Assembly: GCA_964016885.1 (NCBI GenBank)
Contig: OZ024742.1
Location: 109,120,001 to 109,184,000, forward strand
Reading direction: 5' to 3'
From: Eledone cirrhosa
Lineage: Eukaryota
DNA length: 64,000 nt
A model generated the notes under the pieces. The model was not told where the DNA came from, did not search any database, and worked only from the letters and a program-made list of their open reading frames with translations. The position numbers and the translations under genes are program-made. Below, in pieces: positions 12,970 to 22,947 of the stretch; within the stretch, counting starts at the first letter, position 1, and every line of letters begins with the position of its first letter.

Positions 12970-13260
12970 TACTACCACTGCCTTCATCACCACCACCGCC
13001 GTCTCCGCCGTCGCCGCCGTCGCCGCCACCACCACCGCTACTACCACCATCACCACCACCGCCACCACCGCCATCGTCACCACCGCCACTACCTACCACC
13101 ATCACCACAACCGCCACCACCGCTACCACCACCAACATCACTACCGCCACCACCACAACCACCACCGACGTCACCGCTACCACCACCACCACCATCACCA
13201 CCATCACCACCATCTCCACCACCACCACCTCCACCACCACCACCATTACTACTATAACCA
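12970..13260. repeat. (CCA/CCG)n low-complexity tract
   Basis: Direct inspection. Confidence 0.9.
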
Positions 13261-13299
13261 CTCCCACTATTAATAAAAATAAAATTAACAATAATATTA

Positions 13300-16200
13300 A
13301 TTGTTTCTTTATTGGCCACAAGGGCCTACATATAGGGGGCAATACAATACACAAGGGCAGTGGAGGTTTACAGTAAAATCGAGTAAAAATATATACAACA
13401 AGAACATTATAAAAACATAAATTCCCCAATAGGGGCGATTCAGGAACACTACCAATCCTGAACCACTCGATACTCTAAGAGCACCCGGGAGGATACGCCT
13501 CGTCTCTTCAAATTAACCAGCCTACAGGCGCATGCTAAGAGTAGGCCCATTCACACAGCGCCTCCTAGCCTCATTGCCCTACTGGTGGAGGGCAGTGGGT
13601 GTCTGGCAACATTCCAGATGTCTCGGTCTTTTCTTGACCCAGGACTGCTACTCAGTCAAAGTGACGAGCTGCGGAAAGGTGACCACACCTGTTCACCGTT
13701 TAAGAATATCTGAAGGTGCTGTAGCCTCAGTGCATGTTTGCGCATCATCAGGCACGGCATGCCCAGCCCTCCGCATAAAGAGTGCTGGCAGCAGATGGAC
13801 CACCTCACTATTGGAACATGGCCTTTCCACAAGAAGTTGAAGAGCAGAGGTTCCAATTTGGTGAGGCGCGGACGGGTAATGCACGTCGGTCAAGCGGTAG
13901 TAGATGACGGACGAAATGTGTGTGCGCGCCACCTCCGTCCAACCTTTCAGGGATAGCTTCCCCTCGGCCCATTTCTGGGTGAGAGTGGCCACCCTACACG
14001 TTATCTCGTCCCAGTTCTTATTCACCAAGGGGTTTGGTCTGAACCAGACTTCCAGCAACTTCACCGATCCATCAGTCCAGCGTCCGACAACGCTGTTAAA
14101 AGGCAAGGATTTGCCTCTCCAGGTGCCAAACTGCAAACCCACCGACATTTCCGGGTTCAATTTTGCTCCCCTCAACTTTTCATATTCCTGCAATATTCCA
14201 CTACAATTTCTGAGGTGTTCGACACCATCACGGTGACGTCGTTCGCATATACCGACATAGCCCTTATGTCCCCGGTTCGAGCGAGATGCCCTTCAAGAGC
14301 TTCCGCAGTAGTGGCTCAAGCGTCACCTCGTCTCCTATCAGCTTCTCCCACTCAATCCCAGAGTCCGTCTAAGATGCTGTTCCAGTCCCCCGCTTACAGT
14401 AAAGGGCGAGTTGTTCTCAGAAAGGCTTCCAGGCGTCTAAAGAAATCCGGCCACCAGTCTAAAGGCACCACCTTCGATATTGCTCATATCCAGGACTACA
14501 AACTTACCGTCCAGGTCCCGGAAGATCGACCTTACCTCGAGATCCAGATCTTTCCTAAACAGCACTGCCACCCCACTTCCCATTCCCGGCCGACTAAGAG
14601 ATGCGAAGATCTGATAGTCGTCGAAAATGAGGGTAAGTGCGCATGTGTCGGAAATCCTGGTCTCGCTGACCGCAGTCAAATCTATGCATCTTTATGTAAT
14701 TGTCCTCCACTGCACTGCCTCGGCTGGGACGATTGGGTTGGCCCAGGTTTTCTCACGTTTGGTTAGCTTCTATGCCTGAGGTAAACGTTGATTCATCAAG
14801 TCAATGTGAAAACATGCCCTTCTTATAGCTGCCGCAGCAGCGAATGTGCTCCTGTTATTGTTGTTCACGTTGTTGTTGCTGGTAGTAACGTTCGGCTTGT
14901 CGACGTCTCTTTACCTCTCTTTGTAGGTGTTGTTGTTATCGTTGTTGGTATTGTTTTTGTTGTTGCCGTTGTTTTCTTGACTAGTTTCGTTGTTGTTGTT
15001 GTTGGTGCTGTCGTTGTTCACGTTGCTGTTGGTACTGTCGTTGTTCACGTTGTTGTTGGTGCTGTCGTTGTTCACGTTGTTATTGGTACTGTCGTTGTTC
15101 ACGTTGTTGTTGGTGCTGTCGTTGTTCACGTTGTTGTTGGTGCTGTCGTTGTTCACGTTGTTGTTGGTGCTGTCGTTGTTCACGTTGTTGTTGGTACTGT
15201 CGTTGTTCACGTTGTTGTTGGTGCTGTCGTTGTTCACGTTGTTGTTGGTACTGTCGTTGTTCACGTTGTTGTTGGTACTGTCGTTGTTCACGTTGTTGTT
15301 GGTGCTGTCGTTGTTCACGTTGTTGTTGGTACTGTCGTTGTTCACGTTGTTGTTGGTGCTGTCGTTGTTCACGTTGTTGTTGGTACTGTCGTTGTTCACG
15401 TTGTTGTTGTTGCTGTCGTTGTTCACGTTGTTGTTGGTACTGTCGTTGTTCACGTTGTTGTTGGTGCTGTCGTTGTTCACGTTGTTGTTGGTACTGTCGT
15501 TGTTCACGTTGTTGTTGGTACTGTCGTTGTTCACGTTGTTGTTGGTGCTGTCGTTGTTCACGTTGTTGTTGGTGCTGTCGTTGTTCACGTTGTTGTTGGT
15601 GCTGTCGTTGTTCACGTTGTTGTTGGTACTGTCGTTGTTCACTTTGCTGTTGGTGCTGTCGTTGTTCACTTTGTTGTTGGTACTGTCGTTGTTCACGTTG
15701 TTGTTGGTGCTGTCGTTGTTCACGTTGTTGTTGGTGCTGTCGTTGTTCACGTTGTTGTTGGTGCTGTCGTTGTTCACGTTGTTGTTGGTACTGTCGTTGT
15801 TCACGTTGTTGTTGGTACTGTCGTTGTTCACGTTGTTGTTGTTGGTACTGTCGTTGTTCACGTTGTTGTTGGTGCTGTCGTTGTTCACGTTGTTGTTGTT
15901 GGTACTGTCGTTGTTCACGTTGTTGTTGGTGCTGTCGTTGTTCACGTTGTTGTTGGTACTGTCGTTGTTCACGTTGTTGTTGGTGCTGTCGTTGTTCACG
16001 TTGTTGTTGGTGTTGTCGTTGTTCACGTTGTTGTTGGTGTGTCGTTGTTCACGTTGTTGTTGGTGCTGTCGTTGTTCACGTTGTTGTTGGTACTGTCGTT
16101 GTTCACGTTGTTGTTGGTGCTGTCGTTGTTCACGTTGTTGTTGGTACTGTCGTTTTTCACGTTGTTGTTGGTACTGTCGTTGTTCACGTTGTTGTTGGTG

Positions 16201-19200
16201 TTGTCGTGTTTCACGTTGTTGTTGGTGTTGTCGTTGTTCACGTTGTTGTTGGTACTGTCGTTGTTCACGTTGTTGTTGGTGCTGTCGTTGTTCACGTTGT
16301 TGTTGGTGCTGTCGTTGTTGACGTTGTTGTTGCTGGTGTTGTCGTTGTTCACGTTGTTGTTGGTACTGTCGTTGTTCACGTTGTTGTTGGTGCTGTCGTT
16401 GTTCACGTTGTTGTTGGTGCTGTCGTTGTTGACGTTGTTGTTGTTGGTACTGTCGTTGTTCACGTTGTTGTTGGTACTGTCGTTGTTCACGATGTTGTTG
16501 TTGGTACTGTCGTTCTTCACGTTGTTGTTGGTGCTGTCGTTGTTCACGTTGTTGTTGATGTTGTCGTTGTTCACGTTGTTGTTGGTGCTGTCGTTGTTCA
16601 CGTTGTTGTTGGTGTTGTCGTTGTTCACGTTGTTGTTGGTGTTGTCGTTGTTCACGTTGTTGTTGGTACTGTCGTTGTTCACGTTGTTGTTGGTGCTGTC
16701 GTTGTTCACGTTGTTGTTGGTGCTGTCGTTGTTCACGTTGTTGTTGTTGGTGCTGTCGTTGTTCACGTTGTTGTTGGTGCTGTCGTTGTTCACGTTGTTG
16801 TTGGTGCTGTTGTTGTTCACGTTGTTGTTGGTACTGTCGTTGTTCACGTTGTTGTTGGTACTGTCGTTGTTCACGTTGTTGTTGGTGCTGTCGTTGTTCA
16901 CGTTGTTGTCGGTACTGTCGTTGTTCACGTTGTTGTTGGTGCTGCCGTTGTTCACGTTGTTGTTGGTGCTGTCGTTGTTCACGTTGTTGTTGGTGTTGTC
17001 GTTGTTCACGTTGTTGTTGGTACTGTCGTTGTTCACGTTGTTGTTGGTGCTGTCGTTGTTCACGTTGTTGTTGGTACTGTCGTTGTTCACGTTGTTGTTG
17101 GTACTGTCGTTGTTCACGTTGTTGTTGGTGTTGTCGCGTTTCACGTTGTTGTTGGTGTTGTCGTTGTTCACGTTGGTGTTGGTACTGTCGTTGTTCACGT
17201 TGTTGTTGGTGCTGTCGTTGTTCACGTTGTTGTTGGTGCTGTCGTTGTTCACGTTGTTGTTGTTGGTACTGTCGTTGTTCACGTTGTTGTTGGTACTGTC
17301 GTTGTTCACGTTGTTGTTGTTGGTACTGTCGTTGTTCACGTTGTTGTTGGTGCTGTCGTTGCTCACGTTGTTGTTGGTGCTGTCGTTGTTCACGTTGTTC
17401 TTGGTGCTGTCGCTGTTCACGTTGTTGTTGGTGTTGTCGTTGTTCACGTTGTTGTTGGTGTTGTCGTTTTTCACGTTGTTCTTGGTGCTGTCGTTGTTCA
17501 CGTTGTTGTTGGTGCTGTCGTTGTTCACGTTGTTGTTGGTGCTGTCGTTGTTCACGTTGTTGTTGGTACTGTCGTTGTTCACGTTGTTGTTGGTACTGTC
17601 GTTGTTCACGTTGTTGTTGGTGTTGTCGTTGTTCACGTTGTTGTTGGTGCTGTCGTTGTTCACATTGTTGTTGGTGTTGTCGTTGTTCACGTTGTTGTTG
17701 GTGTTGTCGTTGTTCACGTTATTCTTGGTGCTGTCGTTGTTCACGTTGTTGTTGGTGCTGTCGTTGTTCACGTTGTTGTTGGTGCTGTCGTTGTTCACGT
17801 TGTTGTTGGTACTGTCGTTGTTCACGTTGTTGTTGGTGTTGTCGTTGTTCACGTTGTTGTTGGTGCTGTCGTTGTTCACGTTTTTGTTGGTGTTGTCGTT
17901 GTTCACGTTGTTGCTGGTGTTGTCGTTGTTCATGTTGTTGTTGGTGCTGTCGTTGTTCACGTTGTTGTTGGTGCTGTCGTTGTTCACGTTGTTGTTGGTG
18001 CTGTCGTTGTTCACGTTGTTGTTGGTACTGTCGTTGTTCACGTTGTTGTTGGTGTTGTCGTTGTTCACGTTGTTGTTGGTGTTGTCGTTGTTCACGTTGT
18101 TGTTGGTGTTGTCGTTGTTCACGTTGTTGTTGGTGTTGTTGTTGTTCACGTTGTTGTTGGTACTGTCGTTGTTCACGTTGTTGTTGGTGTTGTCGTTGTT
18201 CACGTTGTTGCTGGTACTGTCGTTGTTCACGTTGTTGTTGGTACTGTCGTTGTTCACGTTGTTGTTGGTGCTGTCGTTGTTCACGTTGTTGTTGGTGTTG
18301 TCGTTGTTCACGTTGTTGTTGGTGTTGTCGTTGTTCACGTTGTTGTTGGTGTTGTCGTTGTTCACGTTGTTGTTGGTGTTGTCGTTGTTCACGTTGTTGT
18401 TGGTACTGTCGTTGTTCACGTTGTTGTTGGTGTTGTCGTTGTTCACGTTGTTGTTGGTACTGAGTTGTTCACGTTGTTGTTGGTACTGTCGTTGTTCACG
18501 TTGTTGTTGGTGCTGTCGTTGTTCACGTTGTTGTTGTTGTTGTTGTTGTTCACGTTGTTGTTGGTGTTGTCGTTGTTCACGTTGTTGTTGGTGTTGTCGT
18601 TGTTCACGTTGTTGTTGGTGTTGTCGTTGTTCACGTTGTTGTTGGTGTTGTCGTTGTTCACGTTGTTGTTGGTACTGTCGTTGTTCACGTTATTGTTGGT
18701 ACTGTCGTTGTTCACGTTGTTGTTGGTGCTGTCGTTGTTCACGTTGTTTTTGTTGGTACTGTCGTTGTTCACGTTGTTGTTGGTGTTGTCGTTGTTCACG
18801 TTGTTGTTGTTGGTACTGTCGTTGTTCACGTTGTTGTTGGTGTTGTCGTTGTTCACGTTGATGTTGGTGCTGTCATTGTTCACGTTGTTGTTGGTGTTGT
18901 CGTTGTTCACGTTGTTGTTGGTGTTGTCGTTGTTCACGTTGTTGTTGGTGTTGTCGTTGTTCACGTTGTTGTTGTTGGTACTGTCGTTGTTCACGTTGTT
19001 GTTGGTGTTGTCGTTGTTCACGTTGTTGTTGTTGGTACTGTCGTTGTTGGTGTTGTCGTTGTTCACGTTGTTGTTGTTGGTACTGTCGTTGTTCACGTTG
19101 TTGTTGGTGCTGTCGTTGTTCACGTTGTTGTTGGTGCTGTCGTTGTTCACTTTGCTGTTGGTGCTGTCGTTGTTCACTTTGCTGTTGGTGCTGTTGTTAA

Positions 19201-19402
19201 TTTCGTTTTGGTGCTGTTGTCATTGTTACTTTCGTGTCTCTTTGGTGTTGGTGTTGCTGTTTTTTTGTGGTTGTTGGCAGTACTTCCTAAAGTGGTCCTA
19301 ATTTTCATCATTGTGGAGGAGAGGGCGTTGTCACTCAGTTCAACATTTGAACCACCGTCACGTGATAACTGGCTTAAGATTAGGGGCGTCCTCCGTCCAT
19401 GT
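13300..19402 (-). mobile_element. Decayed, internally deleted Tx1-like LINE with a 4.2-kb tandem expansion in its ORF1 region
   Basis: Minus-strand ORF2 remnants AVSETRISD..GSGVAVLFRKDL (14437-14679) and SVGLQFGTWRGK..RRAGHA (13693-14193) match the intact ORF2. 3' end gcccttgtggccaataaagaaac at about 13300-13325. 5' motif atggacggagg at about 19400 resembles atggttgacggagg of the intact copy. Confidence 0.8.
14990..19200. repeat. 27-bp tandem repeat, about 150 copies (gttgttgttggt[gc/ac/gt]tgtcgttgttcac)
   Basis: Direct inspection; the minus strand reads (VNNDSTNNN)n. Confidence 0.95.
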
Positions 19403-19419
19403 ATTTTTTTTCAGAAACA

Positions 19420-20592
19420 TCACATACTATACAACATTAAGCACTAACAACAGAAAAGTACTGAGCTACATACAGGGCATCACAATTAAAGAAAAAGACT
19501 CACCGCTGAATAAAAAAAAGAAATAACTGCAGGTCCCTCAAACATACGAATCATACAAATAATATAAAATACATATACACATTTAAAATGGATATTCCCC
19601 GATTTAATTGGAGATGTCCGAGGGACACTCTCCAAACAAATCTATACCGATCTTTCGGTACAGCAGCTCACAAATAGCTAGAAGGACGTATTAACCATTT
19701 TCCTCCTCTTCATCGAACATGGCCTCACTCAAGCTAAGCAGTGTAAATGCACATGGTCTGGGGCCGTCCTGGAAGCAGGGCCAGCTGCTCAACGGCCTCA
19801 GGTCACCGGATATAAATATAGTGACCATCAGCGATATCAAAACTTTCGAGGCACGAATCTTTCTAACCATTTTCGGCGGCTACGAGGCGTGCGCATCCCC
19901 GAGCCGTCCGGGATTTGGAGACAATGTTGCTGTGTTGTTGTGGAGAGACCTAGATTTTGCAAAATGGACTGAACCCGGAAGATAAGTCGGTGGTACTGGA
20001 CGGAGCCAGCAGTGAAGGACACGCTTTCAAGCTTGTTGCCGTTTATGCTTCGACAGGGGCAGAACGAACTGACTTCTTCAGGCGCCTGGAAACTTTTCGT
20101 GATAGTGGGTGACCGGAACGGTGTCTCGCACACTGGGATTAGTGGATATTGAAGGAGGGTATAAAATCCTCGCAATCCTGCTCAGACTCTGCCAACTATC
20201 TGATAAGTACCGACTTGATTTCCCAAATATGCTAATGTGAACATGAACTAACCGCATTGTGTCATCCAGATCGTATCTAGATAGGGTATTGTGCAGGGAA
20301 GTAGACAAGGATAGCATAATGTGTCCACAATTTAAAGTAGTCGACTACACAGACCACAAATTTGTGATCTGTGTGGTTGACCTAGATAGGCTACATAGAC
20401 AGGGACCCGGTTACTGGAAGCTGAACGCGCCGTTCCCGGTGTTCAAGCCTGCAGAGACCTGGTTAATGAATTAGTTAAGCTGATGTTGACGGAGACAATC
20501 GTTAACAAGAAATAGTGGTTCGCCCTGAAAATGGTTTTTAGACTAGAATCGGTAAGGTTTAGTAAAACCGTGGCAATAGAAAGAAATAACGG

Positions 20593-20681
<89 letters not shown>

Positions 20682-21245
20682 AAACAAGTAGAAGAAGCAA
20701 TTAGCAAAAGCATCGCAGCGGACGTGTTTGCTGCGAGATTGGCCCAGGACCAATTATTCAACGCTAAGCACGAACACTGAGTTGTCTGAGATAAGGCGCA
20801 TGCTCTTACTTACGAGGGAACTAAAGCCGCTCAATAGGCCCGAGTGGCAGAGGTGCAGCGTGGCAATAAAGCCAGTATCCAAGCTTTGATTAATTTGTTC
20901 ACGTTTCACATGAGGAAATAAATTAGGGTAGAGAAGGAAGTGCTGCCTTCCAGCCAGTTTGTTGAAAGGTGGGTAAGAGAGGCGAACATGACCCGAGTAT
21001 TCACTGCCCTGTGTGTGCGCCTCTAGATTGGAGGAGGACAACTGGGACAGGGCATTTGCATGGTTTTATGGGGATTTTCCATCAGCAACCGTCAAACATC
21101 TCCACCCTATTGAGGAATTCCTATTGTTAAAATTTGTTATTGTTACCATTCTATTTATCATTGTTAAACCTGTTTACACGCAAAACCCTCACAATGATAC
21201 ACACATACAAACTCTATATCGTCCTAATGGTGAATACAGAAAGCT

Positions 21246-21246
<1 letters not shown>
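19420..21246 (+). mobile_element. Decayed Tx1-like LINE (ORF1 end, endonuclease region, deletion, 3' end)
   Basis: MASLKLSSVNAHGLGPSWKQGQLLN (19719) and SSRSYLDRV..YTDHK..GYWKLN (20259). (GA)n insert at 20596-20678. Jumps to FHMRK..FVERWVRE at about 20900. Confidence 0.85.
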
Positions 21247-21283
<37 letters not shown>

Positions 21284-21285
<2 letters not shown>

Positions 21286-22162
21286 TTTCTTTATTGGCCA
21301 CAAGGGCTGACATCAAAAAAACATTACAGATGGCACAGGACGGTACGATGTGGGTTTTGTTCGTGTAAAGATTTTTATTATTTATATAAGAAAAGAAAAA
21401 AATAAAGACATAGAAACATATATATATATATACAATAAAAATGAAAATTGAAAGAATGAAAAATTCCCCAATAGGGGGGAAACCTCCGAGGGTTACTCAT
21501 GGCGAAAACCACACAAAAGACCACGGCCACCCTGACCACCAGGGCAAGCGCCCTCTCTCAATTTTTCCATCTCTCAAACTACAGGCGTATATTCAGAGCG
21601 GTCCCGTTCATTCGGACCATTCTCGCTACATTCACCCACCTTTCAACAAACTTGCTAGAAGGCAGCACTTGTCTCTCCACCCTGATTTTCCTCTTCAAGT
21701 GAAACTTGAAAAAGTTAATTAGGGATTCGCCGAAGAGGAAAGTATCTGTCTTTAACCCTTTCAACCTTGTCCACCACACAATCTCTTTCGCCATGGTCAC
21801 CAGGCAGATGAAAACCGCCTGCCCTTCCTCCTCGAAGGAAGACGGCGAGACCATCTGCACAATGGACTCAGTCGATAACCGGATCAGTCCTACACGCGAC
21901 AGCAACTGTTCGACATAGCTCCACAAGTCAGCAATGCTCGGACACTGAACGAGTGCGTGCACGACGGTTTCGTCGCTCTGCGCGCATTTCGGACAGGCCC
22001 GGCTGACGGCACTTCCGTGCCTGTAGAGCTTATCTTGAACCGGCAACGGTCCCCGGTAGCACTGCCAGGCCAGGGATTTTTGGAAGTTATCCATAGGCCC
22101 TGGGCTGAAATTCTCCGGAAGAGAACAAACAGCTGATCTTCTTCGACGCCCAGGATCTCTCC
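21284..22162 (-). mobile_element. Tx1-like LINE 3' fragment (subfamily B) with (ATT)n tail at 21247-21283
   Basis: ORF 21579-22172 matches the ORF2 C-terminus (GPMDNFQKSLAWQCYRG..CPKC..H..C); 3' UTR differs from the full-length copies. Confidence 0.9.
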
Positions 22163-22920
22163 AGAAATCCATGGCCTGGCAGTGCTACCGAGGAGCTTTG
22201 CCAGTTCGGGATAAACTCTACAGGCATGGAGGTGCCGTCAGCCGGGCATGTACGAGATGCGCGCAGGGCGACGAAACCGTCCTCCATGCACTCGTCCAGT
22301 GTCCGAGCATTGCTGAATAGTGGGTTTATGTCGAACACCTGCTGTCGCGTGTAGAACGGATCCGACTATCAGCTGAGTCCATCGTGAGGATTGCCCCGCC
22401 CTCTTCCTTTAGCCGGGAAGGGCAGGCAGCTTTTATCTGTATGGTGGCCATGGAGAAAGAGATAGTATGGTGGACGCGTCTGAAAGGGCTGAAGACGAGC
22501 ACTTACCTCTTCGGTGATGCCCTGATTAACTTTTTCCAATTTCATTTGAAGAGGAAAATCAGGGTCGAGAGGGAGGTGCTCTCTTCCCAGCTTTTTGTTG
22601 AAAGATGGGGGAGAGAGGCAAGAATGGCCCGAGTGAATGGAGCTACTCTGAGTATATGCCTGTAAATAGAAGGTGGAAAACTGGGAGAGGACACTTGCTC
22701 TGGTGGTCAGGGCCACCGTGGCTTTTTTTAATGGGCTTTCTCCACGATGGCCCTCGGAAGTCTCCCCCTATTGGGGAATTTTTCATTGTTCTTTTATTAC
22801 ATCCTCTGTTTTTTTTTGTTTTTTTATACACGCAGAAATGCCCATTTGTACCGTCCTGTATTGTCCTGTACTGTCCTTAATGTCTACTTTGTGTAAACCC
22901 TTGTGGTTAATAAAGAAAGC
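22160..22920 (+). mobile_element. Tx1-like LINE 3' fragment (subfamily A) with (ATT)n tail at 22921-22947
   Basis: Highly similar to 31473-32240; in-frame TAG at 22318. Confidence 0.92.
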
Positions 22921-22947
22921 ATTATTATTATTATTATTATTATTATT

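Noticed and set aside
14990-19200. CRISPR-like array
   Set aside because: The 27-bp units are contiguous with no unique spacers; eukaryotic context and no cas genes.
9574-19301. ORFs of 800-1357 aa (poly-V, poly-N/H, poly-L)
   Set aside because: Stop-free readings of tandem repeats, open on both strands; not evidence of genes.
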